Assembly (NCBI GenBank): GCA_963697065.1
Contig: CAVOMQ010000001.1
Coordinates: 1,410,518 to 1,474,517, forward strand
Origin: an uncultured Gemmatimonadales bacterium
GTDB taxonomy: Bacteria > Gemmatimonadota > Gemmatimonadetes > Gemmatimonadales > GWC2-71-9
Length of the DNA: 64,000 nucleotides
Reading direction: 5' to 3'
In this document: positions 1 to 10,266 of the stretch, in pieces
Layout of the letters: every line of letters starts with the position of its first letter
Numbering within the stretch: position 1 is the first letter of the stretch
Position numbers and translations under genes: made by a program
The notes under the pieces: model-generated
The model's database searches: none
What the model was told of the DNA's origin: nothing
Seen by the model: the letters and a program-made list of their open reading frames with translations, nothing else

Positions 1-862
1 TCGGCACCGCGAAGCCGTAGCCGGTGTAATACCCGGTCGACGATGCGATCGCCGAATTGATGCCGATCACCTCACCGCGGACGTTGACCAGCGGGCCGCC
101 GGAATTGCCGCGGTTGATCACCGCGTCGGTCTGGATGAAGTCCTGGATCTGCCGGTCGGAGGTGTTGAGCGACGGCAACCCGCGCCCCTTGGCGCTCACG
201 ATGCCCTGGGTCACCGAGAAGGTGAGGTCGCCACCCAGCGGATTGCCGATGGCCAGCACCCACTCGCCGACCTGCGTCCTGGCCGACGAACCGAGCGCCG
301 CCGGTGTGAGGTCGTGCGCGTCGATCTTGATCACGCCCACGTCGGTGAGCGGATCGGTACCGATCACCTTCGCGGTGTAGACCCGGCCGTCGAGCAGCGT
401 CACACTGATCCTGGTGGCGCCCTCGATGACGTGGTTGTTGGTCAGGATGTAGCCGTCAGGCGAAACGATGAATCCCGAGCCGCTCCCCTCTTCCATCGGC
501 GTCTGCATGTGGGGATTGGTCTGCTGCTGCTGTTGCCGCTGCTGCGGGAAGAACTGCTCGAATCCCGGCGGCAGCTGCATCTGCTGCATGTCCGAGAGCT
601 TGGCCGGCTGTTCGGCCACGATGTAGACCACCGAGGGGCGCACCGCCTTGACCACGGCGGCGAACGCGTCGCTCAGATTGGCCAGCGGTTCAGCGTCGGG
701 AATATTCGGGGCGTTGACCTTGATGATCGGCGGATGGCTGCTGAATCCCTGAGCGAATCCATTGCGTGGGAAATCGAGCAGCCCTGCGAAGAACAGCCCC
801 AGTACGAAGGCGAGCCCGACGAGGGCTCCGAACTTCAGCCAGTTTCGTGAATGCGTTGACAT
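1..862 (-). CDS. htrA: HtrA/DegP-family serine protease, C-terminal part cut by the window edge
   Basis: The minus-strand frame is open from ATG (cat at 860-862) to base 1. It is absent from the ORF track because it has no stop inside the window. My translation contains '[21 protein letters not shown]' (His region) and '[28 protein letters not shown]' (GNSGGP catalytic Ser motif). The N-terminal anchor is '[22 protein letters not shown]'. Confidence 0.85.
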   Translation of the reverse strand, partial: MSTHSRNWLKFGALVGLAFVLGLFFAGLLDFPRNGFAQGFSSHPPIIKVNAPNIPDAEPLANLSDAFAAVVKAVRPSVVYIVAEQPAKLSDMQQMQLPPGFEQFFPQQRQQQQQTNPHMQTPMEEGSGSGFIVSPDGYILTNNHVIEGATRISVTLLDGRVYTAKVIGTDPLTDVGVIKIDAHDLTPAALGSSARTQVGEWVLAIGNPLGGDLTFSVTQGIVSAKGRGLPSLNTSDRQIQDFIQTDAVINRGNSGGPLVNVRGEVIGINSAIASSTGYYTGYGFAVP

Positions 863-962
863 GTGTCCCAGGTCCGGGTGTCGGTTTCAGGCCGGTGTCG
901 GCCTCCATTGCAATAATAATGGATGCGGCAATCGGGTCGGAGGTCGCACAAGAACGAAAGGC

Positions 963-985
963 GCCCAGGGCCCATGGCCCTGGGC
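963..985 (-). terminator. GC-rich stem-loop just downstream of the dnaK stop; candidate intrinsic terminator
   Basis: Perfect 10-bp stem gcccagggcc / ggccctgggc with a 3-nt loop (cat), starting 6 nt after the dnaK stop (992-994). On the minus strand it is followed by GCCTTTCGTTCTTGTG, which is T-rich for this genome. Confidence 0.5.
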
Positions 986-991
986 CGCGCC

Positions 992-3174
<2,183 letters not shown>

Positions 3175-3591
3175 TTACGGTGTTTCCATCCCCTCTTTCT
3201 CCGCCGCTACCCGGAGCCGCTCGTCGAACGTGATGATCGCCCCCGTCGGTGGCGACCCGGCCCATTCCAACGCCGCCGAAAGCTGGAGCGCGTCGGCGGC
3301 CCGCAGGGCATGGATCCGGAGCAGCCGTGCGGCCTGGTCGCGGACGGCATCGGTCGGCTGAATCTCATACCACGCGCCCTGGAGCAGGGCGAGCGCTTCT
3401 CGCGCCGATTTGGCGTCTGGTTCGGCGAGGGTCCCGGCTCGCTGGGCCCGCATGATCGCCGAACTGCACTCGGTCGCTGTCCCCCACCAGACCACCAGCT
3501 CGTGGTCCTTTGCCAGCAGTTCGCGGGCGTGCGCCGTCGCCGGCTCGGCGACCAGGAGCGGCACGATCGCGGTGGCGTCCCAGAAGATCAT
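3175..3591 (-). CDS. vapC: PIN-domain toxin VapC
   Basis: 138 aa. The N-terminus 'MIFWDATAIVPLLV' carries the first PIN acidic residue, and the C-terminal part reads 'AIITFDERL'. A 4-nt start/stop overlap with the upstream antitoxin gene gives classic type II TA architecture. Confidence 0.85.
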   Translation of the reverse strand: MIFWDATAIVPLLVAEPATAHARELLAKDHELVVWWGTATECSSAIMRAQRAGTLAEPDAKSAREALALLQGAWYEIQPTDAVRDQAARLLRIHALRAADALQLSAALEWAGSPPTGAIITFDERLRVAAEKEGMETP

Positions 3592-3878
3592 CGCCCCTCG
3601 TTCCGGTCCTCGAGCAGCGAGGTCATCACGTGCCCGTCGCCATCTGCGGGAAGCGCCTGTGTCAGGAAATCCTTCGGCAGCGCATGGAGCGGCGGCTTCA
3701 TCTGCCCGTTCCGGATGAGCTGGTCGCGCCGGGCCGAGTCGTGCCGGGAGCCCCGGACGGCAATCACCTGTGCCACCGGGCGGCCGCGTTCCGTCACGAT
3801 GATCTCTTCGCCGGCCTTGACGGCCTCGAGGTAGGCAGAGAGGCGGGCCTTGAAGTCGGCGATGGGGGCAATTTTCAT
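3588..3878 (-). CDS. vapB: Phd/YefM-fold antitoxin paired with VapC
   Basis: 96 aa. The N-terminus 'MKIAPIADFKARLSAYLEAVKAGEEIIVTERGRPVAQVIAV' fits the prevent-host-death family pattern. The gene overlaps vapC by 4 nt. Confidence 0.8.
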   Translation of the reverse strand: MKIAPIADFKARLSAYLEAVKAGEEIIVTERGRPVAQVIAVRGSRHDSARRDQLIRNGQMKPPLHALPKDFLTQALPADGDGHVMTSLLEDRNEGR

Positions 3879-3882
3879 TGGC

Positions 3883-3914
3883 CTAGTTTAGTCATATAAA
3901 TATGACCTGTCTAG
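3883..3914 (-). promoter_or_regulatory. AT-rich imperfect palindrome upstream of vapB; likely TA promoter/operator
   Basis: The core GTCATAT-aa-ATATGAC (3891-3906) lies within the wider CTAGtttaGTCATATAAATATGACctgtCTAG. It ends 5-13 nt upstream of the vapB ATG (3878). It contains a TATAAAT/TATTTATA -10-like sequence and is a sharp AT-rich spike in a high-GC background. Confidence 0.45.
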
Positions 3915-3943
3915 TCTCGACTCGCCCAAGGCCCAAGGCCCAT

Positions 3944-4046
3944 GGCCCCGAATGCGGAACTCGGTGTGCGAGGGGAGTGAATTGCGGCGCCGGGGTCTTG
4001 ATCGGGATCATGGCGGTAGCGCATGCCGAGTCGAGCCTGCGGGGCC
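3944..4046 (+). repeat. ~103-bp TIR-bounded intergenic element, copy B; MITE/REP-like
   Basis: The ends ggccccgaatgcggaactcgg (3944-3964) and ccgagtcgagcctgcggggcc (4026-4046) are inverted repeats. They match the reverse complement of the copy A ends. Flanks are aaggcccatggcc (left) and gggccctgggcgc (right), the same half-motifs that form the dnaK terminator hairpin at 963-985. Confidence 0.6.
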
Positions 4047-4080
4047 AAGGGCTATGGGCCCTGGGCGCTCTTCCGCCGGT

Positions 4081-6819
4081 TCACCGTTGACCGAAATTCG
4101 TGATGACCCACACATCGGTAAGCGGCGTCGACACCACGGCGGTGCCTCGGCTACCGTCTGCCGAAAGCGAACATTGGCAGCCGTCGGGGAAGGGGAGCAG
4201 CTCGCCGCGCTTCTGGTCGCCACCAGTGATCGGCACGCGATAGATCGCCATCCGTTGATCGGATGCGTCGTTGCCGATCCACCAGAAGGTACCGGCGGTA
4301 GTCCACCACGCATCGCGGATGGTGTTGCTTCGGGCGATGGTAATGGGCGTGAACTTGCCGTCGAGGGTGACGCGCTCGATGGGAACATGGAGGTTCTGGT
4401 CGGCTCCCCAGGCGCGGCTCGGATCCGTCGGAACGATGAACAGCGCCAGCTCGCGGCCGTCGGGGGACGAGACCGCAAATGGTGTCGTGACCGAGTCCGG
4501 GAGAGCGATACGGCGGAAGATCCTGCCGGTGCCGTCGACGACGGTAATCGAATCGCCGTTCTTGTCGATCATGGCGACGCCGTCGGTGCCCGCCGCCACG
4601 ATCGCCGGGTTCCCCGGAAAATCACCGATGACGCTACTGGCGCCGGAGGCGACAGCGTACGACGTCAGGTGGGTACCATTGGCACCGTTGGGCGCCGCCA
4701 CGATGAAATGTCTGCCGTCGGACGTGAGCGTTCCGTCCGAGACCTGGCTCAGCGGCGGCGTGACGGCGTGGCTCCCGCCGCCGCCGAACGGCTCGGCGAA
4801 GTACTGCACCGCGGTGCCGGTGGCGGTCGCGGTGCGGGTGTCGTAGATGATTGTGGAACCGTCGGGGGTGATCACCGCCGAGAACATCGACGACGCGCTC
4901 CGCACCTTCCGGAGCGGCTGGGGGAATGCGCCGCTCCGTTGTGCCGCCAGGGTCCACAGCACCTGAGCCCCCGGCTGCGTCATCGTGTACGCCAGCATGG
5001 AGCCATCGGCCGAAAGGGAGAATTGGGGCGCATCACCACTTCCGCCGAGCGAGATGGTGTCGACAGCGCCAAGCCGGCCGGTCGACGGATTGACGGCGGC
5101 GTCGACCATGGCTGCTTCGCCGCCCGCAGTATGAATGCCGGCAAGGAGGTGCTTTCCGTCCCCCGACCATGCCACGTTGGCAATGTCCGATGGCTTGGTG
5201 GTGCTGTCGACGGCGTCTCCTTTGCGGTCGTAGAGGTAGACCAGGACGCGACCGGTGATCGTGGTCCAGACTGCCGCGATCCACTTGCCGGAGGGGGAAA
5301 CGGCCAGCTGCCCGATGCCCATGGTCGAGGGGTCCGGCGGCGGCCTGAGCGTGATACTGTCGGTTGGTTGCGTCCAGGGCGGCACGAATCGCCGCAAGTA
5401 TGCGGCGTTGCGGCCGGTGATCGGTCGGTTGGTCGCGAGCGCGGTGTCGCCGTCCGGCGTCATCGCCGCGACGCCGCCCAGCCCCACCAGTTGTCCACCG
5501 ACATGCGACATCGCGTAGGTCTGGCCGAGGTAACCGCGTGCCGGTGCGAATGCATTGACCAGCAACCACGCACCGTCGTGGCTCCACCCCAGCGGTTCGA
5601 TGTCGTCCATGCTGTCCACGAGCGTCTGCCGCGCGCCGGTCTGCCGGTCGAACAGTATGAGTTGCGTGTTGCAGCTGCCGTCGTCAGCGCATTCGCGCGA
5701 TCCGTAGACGACCTGCTTGCCATCGGGTGAAAGGAACGGATGACTCGCGTTGCCGGTGCTGGTGATCTGCACCCGTTGGAAGTTCTGCGGTTCGCCGCCG
5801 CCACCGGTGCGATGCCGCCAGACAGCCAAGGCGCCGGCCACGAGTGCCACGACGCCGAGCGCGAGCAACAGCCACATCCCCCGTGGTGTGCCGGCGGGTG
5901 CGACGCTGACCGGCGTCAACTGCGTCGGCGTCATGCCGCCGCTCGGCGTGGCGAGCGGCTCGAGTTGGGCCAGCAGTTCGCCAGCGCTCTGCCAGCGGTC
6001 GGCGGGGCGCTTCTCGAGACAGCGCATGATCACCGCTTCGAGCGCGGGGGGCACGGTGGCGCGACGTTTCGACAGCGGTTCGGGCGTTTCGGTGACCTGC
6101 GCGGCCAGCACCTGTTGCGGCGTGCCGCCGGTGAACGGCGGCCGGCCAGCGAGGAGTTCGTACGCCATGGCGCCGACGGCGTAGATGTCGGAGCGCTGAT
6201 CGACGTGAGGATCGGCGGCGGCCTGCTCCGGGGACATGTACGCCGGCGTGCCGACGGCCACGCCCAGTGTGGTGATCCCGCCGTGCGCCCCGCCGGGTGC
6301 GTCGGAGCGCCCTTCGGCGACGGCGCGGGCGACCCCGAAATCCGTCACCAGGGCATGCCGGCCGGAGAGCATCACATTGTCCGGCTTGATGTCGCGGTGC
6401 ACCACGCCGTGTTCGTGGGCCACCGCCAGCGCGTCGGAGATCTCGATCAGCAGGCGCACCGCTTCGCCGATGGGCAGTTCGCCTTCGCGGTCGAGGCGGT
6501 CGCGCAGCGACTGGCCCTTCACATACGGCATGACGTAATAGAGGAGGCCGCCGGCGTCGCCCGAGTCGAGCAGTGGCAGAATGTTGGGGTGTTGCAGCTG
6601 GGCCGCGATCTGGATCTCGCGGAGGAAGCGGGCGGCGCCCATTGACGCGGCGAGGTCCTCGCGCAGCACCTTGACGGCCACCTGCCGCTGGTGCTTGAGG
6701 TCCTCGGCAAGAAAGACGGTCGACATGCCGCCCTGGCCGAGCTCGCGCTCGATGCGGTAGCGATCGGCGAGCGCGGCGGAGAGGCGGGACAAGAGGGGCG
6801 AGTTGTCGGGCGAGGTCAC
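4081..6819 (-). CDS. Membrane Ser/Thr protein kinase with a C-terminal PD40/TolB-like beta-propeller
   Basis: 912 aa, intact. Hanks motifs: 'LGQGGMSTVFLAED', 'VAVKVL', 'HRDIKPDNVML', 'DFGVARA', 'GTPAYMSPEQ'. TM segment 'MWLLLALGVVALVAGALAVW'. The extracytoplasmic ~530 aa carry recurring 'SPDGK', 'SADGS', 'TPDGS', 'SSPDGR', 'SPSGKW' propeller repeats. Confidence 0.9.
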   Translation of the reverse strand: MTSPDNSPLLSRLSAALADRYRIERELGQGGMSTVFLAEDLKHQRQVAVKVLREDLAASMGAARFLREIQIAAQLQHPNILPLLDSGDAGGLLYYVMPYVKGQSLRDRLDREGELPIGEAVRLLIEISDALAVAHEHGVVHRDIKPDNVMLSGRHALVTDFGVARAVAEGRSDAPGGAHGGITTLGVAVGTPAYMSPEQAAADPHVDQRSDIYAVGAMAYELLAGRPPFTGGTPQQVLAAQVTETPEPLSKRRATVPPALEAVIMRCLEKRPADRWQSAGELLAQLEPLATPSGGMTPTQLTPVSVAPAGTPRGMWLLLALGVVALVAGALAVWRHRTGGGGEPQNFQRVQITSTGNASHPFLSPDGKQVVYGSRECADDGSCNTQLILFDRQTGARQTLVDSMDDIEPLGWSHDGAWLLVNAFAPARGYLGQTYAMSHVGGQLVGLGGVAAMTPDGDTALATNRPITGRNAAYLRRFVPPWTQPTDSITLRPPPDPSTMGIGQLAVSPSGKWIAAVWTTITGRVLVYLYDRKGDAVDSTTKPSDIANVAWSGDGKHLLAGIHTAGGEAAMVDAAVNPSTGRLGAVDTISLGGSGDAPQFSLSADGSMLAYTMTQPGAQVLWTLAAQRSGAFPQPLRKVRSASSMFSAVITPDGSTIIYDTRTATATGTAVQYFAEPFGGGGSHAVTPPLSQVSDGTLTSDGRHFIVAAPNGANGTHLTSYAVASGASSVIGDFPGNPAIVAAGTDGVAMIDKNGDSITVVDGTGRIFRRIALPDSVTTPFAVSSPDGRELALFIVPTDPSRAWGADQNLHVPIERVTLDGKFTPITIARSNTIRDAWWTTAGTFWWIGNDASDQRMAIYRVPITGGDQKRGELLPFPDGCQCSLSADGSRGTAVVSTPLTDVWVITNFGQR

Positions 6820-6891
6820 GAGTTGAATATCGCTCCGGTTCTGCGAACAGGCCAGAACGCGTGTGACGCGCGTCGTCGAGCGAGCATCGCT

Positions 6892-7992
6892 TCAGTCCCG
6901 GCGGAGCAGCCAGCGCCTCGTTGCCCCCGCCAGCCGTCGGACGTACCAGCGGCGCAGCGACGTGCTCAGCGCGTGGGCGGCTTCGGTGTCCCCGCGGGCG
7001 TTGGCGAGCGCGAGCGCCTCTTCGACGAAGCGGGCCTCGCTGGCGTCGGACGGCGTGACGCGGGCCACCAGCCCGAGGTCGTCGAGCGGCGGGAATGCAG
7101 GACTGGTGCGGTCGAGCAGGCGGAGGAGGGTCATGGTGCGGAGACATTTCTCGCACCGGCCGCAGTTGTAGCCCTGGTCCTGCCAGCACACGCGCAACAA
7201 CTCCGGCACGCCAGGCTCGTCGATGACGGCGGCGAGCTTCTCCCAGCGCTTCGCGTCCCGCCCATGATGGACGACGCGCACCGCGTCGCTCGACCAGAGC
7301 GGATCGGTCACCGGGTGCGACCCGTCGGGCCAGAGTTCCCGCCAGGTGTGCCCGGCGGCGATGAGGAGCGTGCCGGCGCCGAGGGCGTGGCCGATGGCGG
7401 CGAGGGCGGCGCCGAAATACATCGGCCAGCGCACGCCGAGGTCGTGCGCGACGAACCGGATGTTCGACTCCACTGCGAGCAGCGGAATGTCGCGACGCGC
7501 CAACCAGGCGCGATTGCGATCGCAGACTTCTTCCCACAGCGGGTTGTCGAGCTGCAGATCGATGCCGCGCACCACGACGGCGTGCGATACGGGACGGGGA
7601 GCGTGTGTCAGCGTGTAAAGGCCGTCGACGCCGCCGGAGAAGAACGACAGTACGGAGCCGGCCGGCGTTCCATCGGATGCCACGGTCGCCCGAACGGGAA
7701 CCGGAGCGAGCCGGTGATGGAACCGCGGACCCCAGAGACGAAACACTTCCTGCAGCTGCGCCATGCCGTCGAGCAGCGTGGCCGAAACCGGTAACGCTGC
7801 GTCGAGCTCGAGCGGTGTCCCCGTTGCCATGGCGAGAGGAAGTGCGGCGGCGGCGAACGGCTCGCCGCGGAGTCGCACCGGGACGTCTGCGGGAAGGCGG
7901 AACCAGAGGCGCTCACCGCCGATTCGTGCCGCCAGCTCCCGCCGTCCGTCGGCGAGGGTCAGCAGTTCCGGGTGGGACACGAAGGGCGGCAT
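6892..7992 (-). CDS. QueC-like PP-loop ATP-pyrophosphatase superfamily protein, paralog B (function unknown)
   Basis: 366 aa from ATG 7992; this is the C-terminal part of track ORF 6892..9114. PP-loop-like 'SFFSGGVDGLYT'. The C-terminal 'VCWQDQGYNCGRCEKCLRT' has C-x8-C-x2-C-x2-C spacing, as in the QueC Zn site. The ~110-aa N-terminal domain ('LWFRLPADVPV') has no motif I recognise. The start lies 1 nt after the paralog A stop (TAGcATG). Confidence 0.6.
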   Translation of the reverse strand: MPPFVSHPELLTLADGRRELAARIGGERLWFRLPADVPVRLRGEPFAAAALPLAMATGTPLELDAALPVSATLLDGMAQLQEVFRLWGPRFHHRLAPVPVRATVASDGTPAGSVLSFFSGGVDGLYTLTHAPRPVSHAVVVRGIDLQLDNPLWEEVCDRNRAWLARRDIPLLAVESNIRFVAHDLGVRWPMYFGAALAAIGHALGAGTLLIAAGHTWRELWPDGSHPVTDPLWSSDAVRVVHHGRDAKRWEKLAAVIDEPGVPELLRVCWQDQGYNCGRCEKCLRTMTLLRLLDRTSPAFPPLDDLGLVARVTPSDASEARFVEEALALANARGDTEAAHALSTSLRRWYVRRLAGATRRWLLRRD

Positions 7993-7993
7993 G

Positions 7994-9169
7994 CTACCAG
8001 TCCGGCGAGGGGCCCGCGCCCCACGAACGCAGGTCGCACACGGCGGGGTTCCACGGGTGTGCCGGCCGGCCCGCGCGCGGGCGCCGGACGAGATCGCGGA
8101 GGGCGCGACGGGCGCGCGCCCGCCGCACGGCGGATCGCAACGGGGCCGCCACGGTGCCCTTGCCGATCGACTCGGCGTAGAGCACGAGCTCGTCGGCGAA
8201 TTCGAGGTCGGTGCCGTCTCGCACAATGCGCGCATAGCGCTCGACCGGATTTCCGGCGGAGTCGACGAACGGCACCGCGTCGCACTCGAGGAGCGCCAGT
8301 GCGGCACGGGTCCGCAGACACTTGGCGCAGCGGCCGCAGTTCCGCAACGGATCGTTGAAGCAGACCCAGACGTGCCGCAGCAGCGCAGGCTGCGATGCCA
8401 GGGCCGCGATCTTCTCGGGCCGCGGGTGCGCCGAGCCGTGATGCACGATGGTGGTGGCCTCGGTGCTGAAGAGCGGATCGAGCACCGGATGGGTCCCGGA
8501 CGGATAGAGATAGGCATAACTGCTTGACGAGGCGATGAACGCCCGATCCGGCGCGAGCCAGTGTGACACCGCCTCGAGACAGCCGCCGTGAAGAATGCCG
8601 CGGGAGAGCCGGTGCCGGCGTCCGAGATCCATCCAGTTGGTTTCGATGGTGGTGACCGGGAGGCCGAGGTGTTGTGCGCCGTGGCCGAGGCGCTCGAGCG
8701 CGGCGCCGAGCTGTACCGGCGACATCTCGAAGTCGAAGCCGTTGATGAACAGCAGCCGTTCCAGCGCCTGCCGGTTGCCGCTGGCGGTGAAGAGGCCGTC
8801 GATGCCGCCGGAGAAGAATGCCAGTCCGCCGCGCCCAGCCGGGGGTGCGGAGGCGGCATTGGCCTGGACGGCGACGCGGTGCAACAGCGGATTCCAGCAG
8901 GTCCAGATGTCCTGGATGCGTTCGATTGCGCCGAGCAGCAACGGCGAGACCGGAGGCAGCGCCCGCAGGTCGAGAGCCGTCCCGAGGAACATGGCGGGGA
9001 CGAGCGCGATGGCGAGCCAGGGATCGCCGCGTTCGGCCACGTCGACGCCGACCGGAAAGCGGAACCAGATCGGGACGTCGCCCACGTCGGCGGAGACGCG
9101 CGTCCCGCCGGCATCCGCGTCGTGACGGACGTTGCGGACCGCGAGCGGCCGCGGTTCCGGGGACGTCAC
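7994..9169 (-). CDS. QueC-like PP-loop ATP-pyrophosphatase superfamily protein, paralog A (function unknown)
   Basis: ~391 aa from a putative GTG at 9169; this is the C-terminal part of track ORF 7994..10471. It is colinear with paralog B: 'IWFRFPVGVDV', 'AFFSGGIDGLFT', 'VCFNDPLRNCGRCAKCLRT'. The start codon is uncertain. Confidence 0.55.
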   Translation of the reverse strand: MTSPEPRPLAVRNVRHDADAGGTRVSADVGDVPIWFRFPVGVDVAERGDPWLAIALVPAMFLGTALDLRALPPVSPLLLGAIERIQDIWTCWNPLLHRVAVQANAASAPPAGRGGLAFFSGGIDGLFTASGNRQALERLLFINGFDFEMSPVQLGAALERLGHGAQHLGLPVTTIETNWMDLGRRHRLSRGILHGGCLEAVSHWLAPDRAFIASSSSYAYLYPSGTHPVLDPLFSTEATTIVHHGSAHPRPEKIAALASQPALLRHVWVCFNDPLRNCGRCAKCLRTRAALALLECDAVPFVDSAGNPVERYARIVRDGTDLEFADELVLYAESIGKGTVAAPLRSAVRRARARRALRDLVRRPRAGRPAHPWNPAVCDLRSWGAGPSPDW

Positions 9170-9282
9170 GACCTGCGCTCGTGGCGAGGCATGGGGTGCA
9201 ATCTGCCGGGAGAACCGGCGGGTTCCTAGCCCGGCCGCGGGATCAGGTCGGCGCGGTGGCCGCACCGCATCGCCCCGGTCGT

Positions 9283-9387
9283 TCAGCGCCGCCGCATCAC
9301 TATGACAATGAATACCATAGCGGCGACGACGCAGACGACGACGACGGCCCAGCGCAGCCATCGAGGGTACAGCGTCGCGGGGCGCAT
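9283..9387 (-). CDS. Candidate 34-aa single-TM micro-protein between PP2C and QueC-like A
   Basis: My translation is MRPATLYPRWLRWAVVVVCVVAAMVFIVIVMRRR*. The ATG lies 3 nt after the PP2C stop (TAGGACATG). It has a hydrophobic core flanked by Arg residues and GC-rich third codon positions. It is too short for the ORF track and has no clear SD. Confidence 0.3.
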   Translation of the reverse strand: MRPATLYPRWLRWAVVVVCVVAAMVFIVIVMRRR

Positions 9388-9390
9388 GTC

Positions 9391-10266
9391 CTATTCGGCG
9401 GGAACGACCCGTCCCACGATGATGCTGATGTTGTCGGTGCCGCCGTCGTCGAGGGCGTCCTGCAGCAGCTGCTCGCAGACCTGCCGGGCCGAGGTCATGT
9501 GGGCCAGGCGGTCGGCGATCTGCTCGTCCGGGACGTGCTTGGTGAGGCCGTCGCTGCAGAGCAGGTGGACGTTCATCCAGTCGGCCTTCAACCGGCTGAT
9601 GACCGGCATGGTGGACTGGCCGCCGATTGCGCTGGAGAGCACGTGGGCGAATTGGGAGCGCTGAGCGATGGCGCGGGTGAAGACCCCCTGATCGAGGAGA
9701 TCCTGGGCCATGGTCTGGTCGCGGGTGATCTGGGACAGCGCGCCTTCGCGATACAGGTAATAGCGTGAGTCGCCCACCTGGAGCAGATAGTACCAGGGCC
9801 AGACGCCCATCCAGAGGGTCAGTGTCGTGGCCATCTTGCCCGCCGGAAGCGATTCGGACTGGGCGCGTTCCAGGACCGCCTGGTGCGCCGTGAGCGCCGC
9901 CTGTTGCAGCGCGTCGATGAACTGCGACTCGCGCGCGTCGGCGCGGTAATAGCAATCCATGCTGCTGGTGACATACTGGGTGGCGGTCTGGAGGGCAACC
10001 GCGCTGGCCCGTTCGCCGCCTTCCCCGCCGCCGACGCCGTCGGCGATCATGGCGAGGAATGCCACCCGTTCGTCGGCGAAGGGGAGGCGTTCCTCGTCCG
10101 AGAGGCTGGTCTGCAGCAGCCGCATCGTCTTGTGGATCGACGCGAGAAGAAAGTGGTCCTGATTCTGCTTGCGGACCTTGCCAGCGTGCGAGAGGCCGAA
10201 GACGTCGATCTCGTCGTCGCGCGGTTTGCGATCGGTGGTGGGCAGCGAAGGCGTGTCGATGCTCAT
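9391..10266 (-). CDS. PP2C-family (PPM) Ser/Thr protein phosphatase
   Basis: 291 aa. Motifs: 'GLSHAGKVRKQNQDHF', 'MIADGVGGGEGGERAS', 'LLCSDGLTKHV', 'DDGGTDNISIIV'. The start overlaps the aminotransferase stop (ATGA). Confidence 0.85.
   Translation of the reverse strand: MSIDTPSLPTTDRKPRDDEIDVFGLSHAGKVRKQNQDHFLLASIHKTMRLLQTSLSDEERLPFADERVAFLAMIADGVGGGEGGERASAVALQTATQYVTSSMDCYYRADARESQFIDALQQAALTAHQAVLERAQSESLPAGKMATTLTLWMGVWPWYYLLQVGDSRYYLYREGALSQITRDQTMAQDLLDQGVFTRAIAQRSQFAHVLSSAIGGQSTMPVISRLKADWMNVHLLCSDGLTKHVPDEQIADRLAHMTSARQVCEQLLQDALDDGGTDNISIIVGRVVPAE

Noticed and set aside
3952-5730. Long plus-strand ORF (592 aa) and several other 150-900-aa ORFs antisense to well-supported genes. Examples: 5684..7537(-), 14693..15904(-), 15361..16551(-), 21777..23702(-), 52412..54076(-), 57284..59581(-), 62424..63971(-).
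   Set aside because: They lie opposite or out of frame to genes with clear family motifs. Their translations are Arg/Ala/Pro/Gly-rich with no recognisable motifs. Such stop-free shadow frames are expected at ~70% GC.
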